Assembly (NCBI GenBank): GCA_040954595.2
Contig: CM082580.2
Location: 5,959,519 to 6,023,518, forward strand
DNA: 64,000 nt
Direction of reading: 5' to 3'
DNA from: Balanoglossus misakiensis
Taxonomy: Eukaryota > Animalia > Hemichordata
Of the stretch, positions 42,701 through 56,500 are shown piece after piece (position 1 is the stretch's first letter; each line of letters begins with the position of its first letter). A model generated the notes under the pieces. That model was not told where the DNA came from and did no database searches. It worked only from the letters and a program-made list of their open reading frames with translations. The translations under genes and the position numbers were made by a program.

Positions 42701-45700
42701 CCCATTAATTCAATTTTGTACAAGTATGTAATGATCACATCTCAAGTTTTACCAGCTAGTTCAGTCAAACTATCCAGTTATCCACTGTACATACCGTATA
42801 CCCTATAATAACACCAAACATTAACAACAAGGCAATGGTTGTAACTTTGTATTACGACAGACATGATCAGTGGAGCTCAGTGCATCAAAAATGCAAGTCA
42901 CATACTCCGGGAAAGATTTACATAGTTCCCAAGTGTACACAGTTGACCGCGTAAATAAATAATTTGATTGAAATTGCATTTCTAATGACAAGACAGTGAT
43001 TAAATATTCTGGTTACATTCCTGTCACTTTGTAGGGAATCACCGGCACTATTGGGAATCTATCTTTCGCGTGTAGCTACACCACGTTTGTTTCTTATTCC
43101 GATCTTGAAATCAAATTAAATTTATAAATCATTCATTAGGAGCTGATGAGAAGGTATATCCACTGGTGAAACCAAGTCATTTCATGTTTAAGTCTGTTCA
43201 GGATTTTGTGTGAGATGTTTTTGGGTTGTTCTGGTTGTAGAAAAATGCTGAATTGTTGCATACTCTACTCACAAATCCAAGGCCCCTACCACGCCATCCT
43301 GGATAAATGTCATACACGTTTCGGAGATAAATGAAATTGTCATAAACACAATTCACTGTTTTCTTAAGTGGATAGTGTCCAAAAACATCATGTTCACTGT
43401 TCAACAGCATGCATATATCCCTTCTCATTTTGAAGCCCTTGAGACAACCCCCCCCCCCCCCCCCCCCCCCACTTTCAAAGGATATGGACATACCTGGAAA
43501 GTAACTCTATGAATAATTCACATTCTCATGTGTTCTCAGGTGTTCAAGACAGAAACGGAACGCGCAGTGTCACTTTCGTTTCCTGCGCAATTTATAGTCT
43601 CCTTGTGAAATCACTCAGAAAACCACAGGAGCATAGCCTTTCTTTCAGTCTTACACTTCAAGTCAGAAAAGTTGTGATGGATGAACAGGGCACACATGTC
43701 TCACACTAAAAGTGTAAATATTTGCGTAATATACATGATTTTATAGATAATTGCACAACATAGGCAACTGACCATCAAAACGGTGGAGGCTAACTTTGGA
43801 GGTATGACTCCAACAGACAGAGAGGAATCTACACACATTTTGGGTTTGTCTTTTCAAGTCACACATCTCCAGGATTACTGGACAGGTTCATAAATACTTA
43901 TCCAAAGGGGGATTCATCATGAATACCAAAGAGATCCGTAATAAGTAGTTGCTTCCTCCATCATCAATTGCACTTAGTACAGCAGATTAACCACTAAACT
44001 TGCTGCAGTGATTCTCAAAAGACTTGAGAAAGGATGTCTACAAGTATCTTCTTTTCGTGTTACGACTCTCTCGGGGAACTTCCATTGTTACTCATACCAG
44101 TTATAACAGTAAAACAATGCAGCGACATACACTTGAATATCTGCGTGGCCCACATAAAATCACTAATGGTTTCTGCAAGCAATTGTCTCCATTCGATGAC
44201 AAGCCCATCATTGCATTCCAAAGCCCTTACAAGATTCTTTGCAGTCTGGCTTGAAATTTTCTACAAAGTTCAAAGGTCGCTCTAGTACAACTGCCCATTG
44301 TTCACTAGGTCATATTCTTCAATCAGCTAAATCACAAGTTACAAATACATAACCAACAACACTATATGGGGTAAAATGATAAATTCTAATAATTTAAACG
44401 AAATTGACTAATGTTATGAATTTGAACGTACTATGCTCTGGAAAGGAACACTTCTGTTTAAAGTCAAAGCACACAAAAAGTGCAAGCTGTCTCATTTGTC
44501 TGTTCAGCAAGATAATATTTATCTCAAGCAGTCAACACTTGCTATATGTAGCGATGGCAGTGCAGGAGTCATGTCATTGCGTGATATGTATCTCAGATAT
44601 CAACGCTGGAAGAAGCCGAACTATTTTTTTCCATGAGGCACCCATTACCGGCATGTTCACTGTTCTTGTAGAAACTTTCTTGTTGACACAATGATTATTT
44701 GCTCAGTGCTAGTGTTTCCAATTATATTACATGTATTTACCCAGTAAATCAATGCTGATAAAAATATGGACCTTCGAAAACAGATTCACTGTTATCAGTG
44801 TGGAAATACGAAGCACACATATTAAATTATTGAGCCATCTTGATGGTTCCCAGACATCTCTTGATTACATGTAGACGATTATATTTCCTGCAGAGCCATT
44901 TATTTTACATCACAGTACCATAAACTCAAACTATTAGTCTAAGGAAATCCTGAGAAATTTTGACATTTGACACTTCAGATCTTATAATTTATCGAGAAAG
45001 GGGTGTAAAGATATCAATATAATGAAATACTGTAAATTTGTGAAGTCAAACACAAGAAAAGATTTCTTCTATTGCCACTATGCTTATTAATCATGGCACA
45101 GAACACAAAACAACACACACGATTTTATCAAAGACTTATGTAGTCTTAAATTGCTTCTATCAGACATACTTTGCCTGTAATAGTCATGTAATGGGTACTA
45201 TTCCCAACATCCAGTAATGCACCATTCTCTGTACAAACACATTTTGACCAGACAAACAAATTAGGACACCGGAACTAATGCCAGCCATTCCATCTCTTTG
45301 CCGTAATCTCTTTTATCTCGGCACAAAAACACAATTCACATTGAATTTTACCCCCATCAGGAAAACTGAATCATTAGTATTCACTGCATGGAACGCTAAG
45401 TAACCTGCGCTTCACAATTACTACTTGCGATAAAATGTCTCAAATCCACCCATCTGTATCTGAATGTTGATCGATACAAGGATACATATAAACAAATTAA
45501 CCAGGGATCCACTAGCAGTAAGTGTCCTTTTGACATACTTTCAGAGAAATGGGGAATAAAACGCCAGCCTATTGAGCAAAAAATTTAAAGATGGTGGTAT
45601 CAGCATTTAATCAGAGTTCAGGATGCTCTTGTACGGTTCACTGTTTGGCGAATCAACCATAATGCTCATCCACAAACAGGTGGTGAACCTGAAAGAGGAT

Positions 45701-48700
45701 ATTAGCATTCCCCCACCACGCAAGGTGCAATCATGCAAAGCACATCATTCGTGTAGATCTCTTGCTAATATCCAGGTAATGGGAACTGAAGCAAACTGAT
45801 TGCCAGATACTTTATTGTGGTAGAAAGTGGTACTGATAGGGATTAAATGGATTTATCCAGTGAAATTTATCCACTCAGTACTGAATGTTGATCCTGTTCA
45901 TGTTCATTGTATTGTGGCCAGTTACAGAGTCTCCCAAGATAGACCTACGGTACTTGACAAAAGATTCCATGCACTCTCACTTTTATTGTTCATTGCTGTA
46001 TACAGATAAATATCTATTCAAATGAATCCAATAATGGTAGACCAACAAATAAGAAAGCGCGCGCCCTCAGGGTATAACACCCCATTCTACTTTTGCAACA
46101 ATTTCAGAAACCAGATCGAACATTTACAAATTCTAGGATTCAAATTTTTAATCAAAACTGGCAGACACAAACCAATTGACTGAAATTTGAATATATATTA
46201 TCATAACAAGTTCCCATAAAAACACAAGCCAGACACAATAAGCGTCCCAAGGTTTTCTCTCAAATACCACAGACACCATCCAAATCAGATATTAATAGCT
46301 TTAGAAAACGCAGTATGACAATTATTCCCTTTCATGATCTGTGCAGACAACAATACAATTTCAAAGGTCATCTTCTATTTCTGAGAATGCTACTTCATCA
46401 TCAGCCATGTTTCATTTCCCACTCGCCGGTTTCTGCTGCCAAAACAAAGTGGCGATTGATCCCAGGTTATTCAGCCAGAACTACACAATGCACTGGTTGC
46501 TCTTATGACAGATTTCACACCTCGGGTCAAGCCCCCCATTTAACTACGTCTTGTCACCTGCCAAGCATAGCACTGACTTTCTCCACACCGACGAAGCCAG
46601 CCACACGCTGCAAGTCAAAACCTCGTGCAAACACAGAAACTTCAGTCAAGTATGAAATTGCTGCCAAGATGGTTATTTTATACAAAACTAATTGCAGACA
46701 GGGTCAAAGGGCAAAATTGTGATCACACCAAAACAGGAACTTTCAATGTGCATAGTGACGTGGTTGGTGCTTGTCATGAAATGAACATGATCAGGAGATT
46801 GCAACACCTTTAGACTAAGGAATCATCAAATAATTAGAAAATTCCTAAAAGTTTTAATCCGCAAATGAAGAACTGAACATGATGTATTTTGTTACAAATT
46901 TTCTTAATTACATATACATGTACTCAAGGATTTGTGCAATATATATGTATAGATCAGTAATCTGGACATTTAATCACTTTATTACAATGTGTAAGGTAAC
47001 TCCGACACTGCCAGTTACAGCCATCCCAAATTGCCCTATTTGTGCCACAATCAGACGTCAACTTTCTCAGATTCTTGGACTCTGAATTTGTAATTACTTC
47101 GTCAGCGGGGCCTGGAGGTAGCCACAGCCATGATACAATGCACTGTGCCATTCATGGAGTGTGTATGCACGCATGGCTGGGTCTTTGAGCTCTGAAGTCT
47201 GCATCAATACCCTGGCATTCCACAGTACCCCTTTCTTTATGAAAAAAGGCCAGCACTATCAAACCACGTAATGGCGACTAGTTGAACTCTACCTTTCATT
47301 GGGCAAGTCGTGATCTAGATCTGTTTTCCAAACTCTTAACTCAGTAACTGATCTACATTTTTTCCAAACACAAAAAGTGACTTTCTCTGGACCTATGGGA
47401 TACTGGGAACCACAAACCTTAACTCCTACTAAGACAAACTGCAGCATCATGGCAATCTGCCAAGGATTAAAACGAGTTCATCAGGGCCACAAACTACTGG
47501 CTTTTATTAACTTTTACCCTGTAAAAGGACCCTTTTTATTCAGCAGTAATATTCATGGTTAGCACAGCAAGGTTTCTATGAAATATGCCTTTATAAACAA
47601 ACAGATCCAATCTGCTGAAATAAGACCATGTAGAACATGTGCTAGGTTATTTATGATAAAACAGGCAACTTACAATGGATTCATGGTTTTAATATTTCTA
47701 CTATTTACACAAACCATATGGCTGCTACAGTGCTATTAGATGTAAACCTACTTTCAGCGTTGCAATAAAGTGTCAGATTTCACCTTGTTTATGCCCTTTA
47801 CCCAAACAGGTGGTAAATTTCTTCCAGCATAGCATTCATTTCATGAACTATCATCAACTATATCAATACATCATCTACATTTTTAAACAATATAGGTAAG
47901 TCCTACCTGTGTACAAATTGTATTAAGAATCAATGCCTTTATGGTCCTGCTAGGGCTTCATAGCAGTGCACAGTTGAAATACACATAAGGCCAAGTCTCA
48001 GGACAGTCTAGAAAACGCCACCCTTTATATGGGACAATTCCAGTTCCGATTACAATGTATATTTTACATATCCCCAGTCTTCAAACAACAGCTGCACTAC
48101 ACAGTGAATCACTTTAGGTTCTTTACTCCCAGTAGATTCCATGTTTACAAACCGTCAAATGATCTGTCTGGCATGGCGTTCCTCCAAGACACAGCAGGCT
48201 AACCAGTACCGCCCAATCATGATTTCCAGCTCTGAGAACCTCAAATTATCGCCGAGCACTTGCTTCCAAATATGAAATAATGGACAGCAGTGACATATCA
48301 TATCATGATACTCTGCTGGAGTTCTCTCAGTGTGTTTGTTAAGGGTGGTGTACCCTGGTAGATGTTGCCAGGGTTGCCCAGTCATTTTAGTGGGGCTCCC
48401 CTAACCTTGGTATATCAATGCAGCATCATATTAGGTAGCAGAAGTTTTACAGGGGTTCCCGAATCATTTCCAATGTACCACTGGTCCTCCCAATCTTTGC
48501 AAAAAAATACTCTCATTTTCTCCAATTTCAAACTTGACCACTCATGGCTACACAGTAATTTCTGTTTAGAAAGGAAAATATCTTATAATAGTTTTCAGTC
48601 TACTAGTGGCACACCCCTACATTTTGCAAACCTTACTCCACACACTAGTCATAATTTATAGACAGCACAACCTGACAACATCTAGATAGCATCTAGAATA

Positions 48701-50456
48701 CATTCTCCTCTAAGCATGTGTGTATACAGACAGTAAACTTCAAGAATATTTGCATTTTTATCGTATTAATCTTCTTCATCCAGTTGACAGCAATTCCATT
48801 TGTCATGTTTTCTATCATAATCAATACTGAATTCAAACATGATCGTTCATTAAACACGCCTTTTCATCAATCAGTAACCTGATACAGACAAATATACCAG
48901 CATTAATTTATTTAATGAACATTTAACATGATCAAATTTTATCCACGAGGCAAAATTGCCTAAGTGAGACTGAATGAATACTCTGCATTTCCCATTAAAG
49001 CTACTTGTATTACACACAAGATATTTTATATACATGTACAATAGGATATTTCCCTCTGTACTTCAGCTTGCGGATATGCATGCAAAGAAGACATATATCA
49101 ATTACACCCAAAGAATAAATTACAATAATTTATATTCATCTGTATTCTGCTTGATGTTGACCTTAATTAGATCAACTGTGACAGTCCTATTTTTATACCA
49201 TGTACCCATCAAAACACAATTTCCAAGGTAAACTGACAGGCAAACAATACTGTTATATTCATATTCAACAGATGACTTTGATCAGGGATTATAACGGACT
49301 GGGAATATAAAATGACAGCTTATATAGTGAAAATAATTAATAGTATTAATATAAATACTTGTACATCTGTGATACTGTCTACTGTAAGTATCAAACAGAA
49401 ATATAAATCATTTTTAGAACTGGATCACTTTGGCATAGGGGGCGGGTAACAAAATTGCCTGATACAATGTATGCCACGAATTGTATAATTCAAATCGGTA
49501 TTTTATTACAGAAAAGTGTGAATTTATGGCCACTGCACTGACATGTATAAGGGTTCTTGAAATCCTTATCTTTTCTAACACTACTTCAGAATTCAAGTTT
49601 CACTTTGTCCTATTGGCAAGTTTTATAAAGAGGTTTGGATATTTGCTTTCGTTTGCAAAACGTTTGACCACATAAACCTCCGACCAGATTGCACGTCCCT
49701 AATCCTGCATCATACTGTCACAGCCAACTGTGCGCTCTGCAATATCATTCTGGATTACTGTTTTGTCTGGGTTGGACACAGAGAGAGAAAAAATCCCTCC
49801 CCACACCCATAAAAGAACACCACTCGCAGAAACACATGCATGGGAAACAGCATCCACTCCGATTGTTGTTTTTCGCTAAGAGGGAGACACTCCCAGTTTT
49901 ACCCACACTCTGGTGTTATCTCACTTGAACTCTCTGCCCCCCAGGACTTTAACAACCTTGGAAAGCCTTTATAAGAGCTATTGGGCGATTTCAAAGGCAT
50001 CATAATGGGGACAAAACTCCCTATTCTGACAGGGCCATTCATCTGGCAAGGGTAGCTAGCTTCCAGGAGCTGCTAACGGGCAGTCCCTTTCATGATCCCT
50101 TCCGGCAAAATGAAATCGGAAACATCTGAGCTGACCTCTTACAGGAACCAAGCTCGCAGTTCTTTCTACTCTACATTGTCTAACACTTCAACTGCACGGC
50201 AGTGTTACGCAGACAACTTACGCTGGCCATGCACAATTTGCATTGTTCCAGGTATGGTGACTACAATGGCCCCGGTATTTTATTGTCACACTCTCCCAAT
50301 GGCAGGGTCATTGCCATCAAAATATTTGTGTCCTTTTGTCAGTCCTTGTTTTATTTTTAAGCATGACATTTTCTTTTCACTTACCAGTGTCACAGGAAGT
50401 CACCAGTTAGCAGTAATTTTGGTCAATCAAGTATGACAGCCATCTGAATAACTGTC

Positions 50457-50535
50457 AACTTGGAGCATGGATGATGGGGAGAATTAATAACCGTAAGGAG
50501 AACTTGGAGCATGGATGATTGAGAGAATTAATTAC
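50457..50535. repeat. 44-bp-period imperfect tandem duplication
   Basis: AACTTGGAGCATGGATGAT(GG/TG)..AGAATTAAT x2. Confidence 0.8.
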
Positions 50536-53500
50536 TCTAACTAAGTAGTTATTCAGCTTTTAAATGCTCTTCCAAAATATCGTCTTTTGAGCAACTTGAC
50601 TGTCCAAAATGAAGACACAAGGCCCCATGACACTCTCTTTACCTTCACTTCACCAGCATCCCAGCCAGTTACCGTGACAACATGTACCAGGCAGTTAATC
50701 CAACAGCTGGTTTTGTTATCACACCCACAACACTACACATACACATACACACTGCTGTCTAAGGCTGTTTGTGTTATGTCTATCAATTGCAAACCGAACA
50801 TCATGCCACACATCGATTTATAACCTCCGGGGCAAGTGCACAAACCAAGTGCAGGGCTGCATATAAAAGAGCCCTGTTGATCTAGTCCTCTGAAACCAGC
50901 ATCGGTGACAGATGTCTTCTATCAGATCTAATGAGGTCTCTTCCGACCCCTGCTGCAACTTCACACTCTGCCTGTGGAGTCTTATACAATGGATAATTGT
51001 TCCGAAAAACCAACACTCCCACAGAAACAAAGGCCACCCATTCATCTAACAGGGCCATAGTGATCATGTATCAATTCATTGGAATGGAGCCTGTACATTT
51101 CACATTCATACGCAAAGAAAATAAACATTACATGTACCATGTAGAACCAGAAACCCAGAGGTGCGAAAGTTGGACAGCCATATGGAATATGGAATTTTAA
51201 AAATAAAAAAAATGCATTACTTTTAGCTTGTGAAAAATAGTCTGGACGAGCACCAGTAACACTTTAAATGTATACTGCTCAAATTCAAGGACAATGTATA
51301 CCATTGCCTTGATAGAGTCAATTTTGAAACTTACGAGTTCCTATACCAATAACATTTGCCAATACACACCGACTTCCATGTTTTGTAGACAAAAATCAAT
51401 GATTTATCACGCATAATTTGTGATTTATTAAATTTTAACTATCCACCACAATGAAATCATACCTTACATATGGGTGTGGCTCAGAAGTACATAGGTGAAA
51501 AAATATAATTTTAGAGGGCTAGGGGAATGGCTAAGAATGTCAAAACTTTGTCTGTCTGTGACAGGCACGCTAACGTCAAAATATCTGGAGGTTTGATTTT
51601 GCTGCTGATAAGCCAGTACATGTAGTTACCGTTTAATTTACAAAACACTGCCACAAAGCGAAATTCTGACAATAATGTATGGTTTCCAAAGAGAGATAGT
51701 AACGCTTGACTGGCAAACAAACTTCTCCACTGAGCCCAGCATATGGATTACTATATATCACAAGAGACTGCATTCCTATGATCAGATGCTGTCAACTGCA
51801 TGGTAGTGTAGTACCAGTAAAATTGATGCTAGCTTGACTGAGGCTCCGTACATGAATTGGATGCAACATAACTGTGTTGTAGGGATACCAGTTTCAAGCA
51901 AATGAACTCTGCCACCTCTTTACCTGCAAATCAGGTATTTTGGAACCAGTACAGCCACTGGAAATATTTACCGCTAAACTTGGTTCTCTTGGCGCAGATT
52001 TACATTCCTGAACGTACCCCTTCGAATTCCAGGCTTTCAAAGCCTTGGTAAACAAGGTACTGTTTCCCACTGCATTATATGGAAGTTGGAACTCAACCCT
52101 GCAGAGACGGGAATTTTTTTTTTAGTTTCAGGACAGAGATTCGGGGCTCACGCCACGGTGATTGATGTGAATCGATGACCTGACAATTGTCCTCACAATG
52201 CAGGGACCGGGTCCTGTTTGATATTCAAGACGGGGGCGAATCCATGCCCTCGGGGCAGGAAACCGCTGCCGAGTCCAACGGGGGGAGGGCAGTAGTGAAC
52301 GGAACAGCCACGCATACACCAACCAGAATGCAGTGGTGGCCTCTCCCCCGTAGCATGCAGGAGCTGGATGGGGTATACTCGCACACCTTCAATTGTTGGA
52401 AGATAAAAGCGACTGGGCAGTCGACGGACCTCGGGATTTCAATACAGCTCGCCGGAGTACTGGGCTCCCCTTTGTGAGACACGCTCATGGTCACTGCACA
52501 GTTCGACTGGAACTGGCCTTACATTCCAATGCGTTCTGTGCAACAGGTGAACAATGCAAATGGCCTGGCATTCAAATAAAATCCTCACATCAATGACAAT
52601 TCAGTTTTTATTGATGAATGACCGGCGTTCTTGTACAAGGTTGGTGCCCCTTATTTCCACGATAGCCACTGGCCATTAAAAGCCTCGACTGTAATGGGCT
52701 CAATATTTTTTCTGTTGTTCAGACCCCACTTCACAGCTGAAGTATGTCTTCTCGGTGTGGCATATGGGAAACAGATTTTCCACATCCTTCCTCACCATGC
52801 CAGAGCCAAAGAGGGGTCTTGCTGTTATCGTTTTCCTCGTTGTGTATACTATAGTCACCATGAAACCGTGGTTCATGTAGTTTAATTAAAGAAGACCCTG
52901 TGATCAGCTCTGCATCTTGAGACGATCATCACGGAGACCTGTTTACATTTTCTATCTGCTTGTATTTGAGTCCTGGTTGGTGAAAACTCCAGTATTAAAA
53001 CAACCACATCTTCAGAGATGCACTCTATCACAGTGTTTGAGGAATCCAAGTGCGAGACAAATACTAACTGACATGTGGTGTCCCAGTGTGGGTTGAAGTC
53101 CATGTAGCGCCAATCTTCTTGAATGAATGATAAAGATCATCCAATGTTGACATTACAACCGGTCACAGCACACACCTAATGGGATGCAGTTGCCTCTCTT
53201 TTTACATTTGCCCAAATCTGGTCGAAAGGACCTGTCTAAGTCTTTGAATGACCATATCCATGCAGTGCACACCCACTGAAAAATCTGTGATTGGCTTATC
53301 TCCTCTTTCCACAATAAATTTGTGTGATAAAAGTTCCAACTCTGACTCTCAGAAAGCAAATTCCTGAATCCCGACTTCATCCCATTTTGTTACAGAAGTC
53401 TGTAAAAGAAACTTTTTTCCAGTTCTAGAATTACTGAATGACACAATGCAGTAAATAACCTAAACAAGTCAAAAGGAAAACACATGGTATTTTGAGACGA

Positions 53501-56500
53501 AATGTACACATACCAACACAAACTAGTATTTGTGTCTGTTTCAACAATACACGTCATTTTCCTTTTAACTGAACAATACCGACCAGACTAATTAACACAG
53601 GCAATAAAAATTCAGCAGTTAAATTGGGTTGTATTAGTGGATGCTTTTCAGCATTGTTCAATGCTGTACTTCGCTCCACAATAATTAATTGCGGCCCATG
53701 ATTAAGAAGCGAGCAATATTTAACTTTTAAGACACTAAGACTGAGAAATCATGCTCACACACACACCTGTCCATTATGTACCTCAAATCACTGGAGTGTG
53801 CATTCCAACGCGTGGCTTGGAAATACAATCCTTGCCACGCTAACTACGTACATGTAGTTGTTAAGATATGGAAAAAAGCTTGCCTTCGACAAAATCGATA
53901 AGGTCACATTCCGCTGTGTGTCTATACACCAAGTCACCACTGATATTTGGTGATGGGTACGTTTCATTTGGTAGACTGGTCACCTATTTGCGACTCGCAT
54001 CAAAATTGGTGTTTTTATAATACAGTCTTGTTTTGTCTTTGCCTTCCTGTTTTTTTTTTTGCAAAATAACAAGTTTCATTGTTCGCCTTCCAGAGTGCGT
54101 GTCTACTACTAAGTAAATTGCCTAGAGCACACTGCCTGGGGCACCTGTGACATTGATGCAGGTCATCTCTGAACTGTGACCTAGCACTCATGGTATGTTT
54201 GTACACATCACATTAATAATTCATGATGCTCCAAACAGGATATTCATATTGTCATTGGCTGGCCATGTCAACAGAAGTTTTATGAATAACATCCACACAT
54301 AAAATGGCTCATTAGCCTTTTTGTTACTTCAATCTCCTTATCTTATGGCCATGCACAAGACTGACTGGTTGCTCTCTCAGTTTTTCATGTTCTGTCACAT
54401 TTCCAATTTATGGAAAGGTTAGTCGTAAAATACGACCGAACATAGAGACTGACATGATTCTCTTCTCCATAAATCAAAATCTGGACAACAGCGATCAAAC
54501 TGGGTGACCTCATCAGTCATATTTATTTATCTGACAACGTGCATTTTCAATCACGCAACTACCAAAATTTCATCACTAATTTTCCTTTCCAGCAGACCTA
54601 TTACTGCTATTGTTGAGTTCGACATTGATGTGTCTATTATAAAATGCACTTGGACGTTGCACAGTTCATTGTCCTCAAACAATACCTGCAGATGGGTTCA
54701 TGGGCGGCTGTCAGACATCCCCACAATGGACTGAAACAGCACAACTTCTATATATGTAACCAATAGAAAATATACACAGTATATCTAAATATAAACAAGT
54801 CACTCTTTCCCCCGAACAAGTCACAGGGACTAATTTGTAGCGAGCGACTGTCTGACCCTGCCAGGACCCTTTAAGGATTGGATTTCTTTTCATTGCGCTA
54901 TTAAAAGACCGTGACATGAAGCAAGCGCTTGTCATCTGAATTATGATGGTGATATACAGCTTAGGGCTTGGCACGGCATATGCCATGCAGGAGTGGGGAC
55001 GGTTTGCAGATAAGTTGTTTACCACTCGTTCACTGTAAAACTCTGATCTATGCTATGAGGTGTACATGTATTTGCAATGCAGTCACTGGTTGTTTTTTTC
55101 GGTTTCATAAGGTCATGTACAAAGCCCTGAAGGGTAATAAACCATTGCTTTGAAAGTTGTCCTCAACATCCAAGTGACCCTAACATGGACGCTGAAATTC
55201 TCCAGACCATTCAAAGTCAAGCTAACACCCAAGTTAGTCATTTGAATGTTGAACTTCTTTTCATCAACACCAAATTCTATTATACACAGGCAATGGTGTA
55301 CGACATCAACAAAGAATGCAGTCAAACAGCACTGCAGGGAAGTTGGGAATGCTTCTAAGTTCTTAGCAAAGCGGCGACTGGATGAGGCCCGATCCAAGCG
55401 GTCACTTTCCCAACAAGTGATAAACCCAGCATGACAGTGGACTGCGCGAGGACACATCATGATATGTACACCAGGGGTATATCCAGTTAAACGATGAAAA
55501 ACAGGACAATTAATACTGTATATTAAAGGACAAGGCTGGGTCAGAAAATGGGGGTAAAATACATCAAGAGCATTTGCAGACCCATGAGGAATTCTGAGTG
55601 TTGTTATTCTACTGAGTTAAAATCCATATGTGGTCTGAAGTCACCCAGTTATGCCTTCATATAATATTACACTCGGGGGGAAAACTACTAGTATCTGAAA
55701 AGCTGACTCAGTCGTGAAGCTCATCTGAACATTCCCCTACCCCATTTTCAGAGATATCACCACAGTACAGGATGGAATAGATGCTAAGACCACTTTCAAA
55801 GGAACAGAGACCAGAAAAAGAGCTGTCTGAGAATTAAAATCATAAATATCTACCCTGCTGGCAAAATTCCTAGTGAGCTTTCAACATTTTCTCTCTCAGG
55901 GTAAATCACCTGATGTTAAAGGGGTACATTCTTTAACAACTTTATCTAAACCAAACGGATAAACTTAATAAATATGTTATTGGTCGACTGGCATCATACA
56001 ATGTATGAGAACTCAATGTCAAGAACAACAGGTTGGAGAATCAAGGTTTGAAAATTGCCCCTTTAAGTTTAAGCAACAGTCCTGCAAACTGAGTCTGCTC
56101 TTAGAAATACATGCAGATTCGACTCATGGTGTGAAAAATAATTTGATATGCTAGAAATACCGGAATGACTCATTTTGATAACCTCCACACCCACATTTCC
56201 TTAGGAAAGGTTTGGATAACACCCAGCCATTTATATCCACATAAATCACCCTGATCAGTTTGTAATAAGTCCTACTGTGTTATGATTAAACATTATCCAA
56301 CGAGCGACTCTAGAATTTCTGATAGCATCTGCCAAAGCCATCTTTCAGCCTAGGTCAAGATCATTTACACAAGACACTTCCTGTACAGCATGCATCAATA
56401 ATAAACAAGAGTCATTTTCATGGATGAGTACATGGTAACTTGTAACCTCCTCCATATAATTATAGAAAACTATGTGCATGACAAAACCTGTTTGGCGAGC

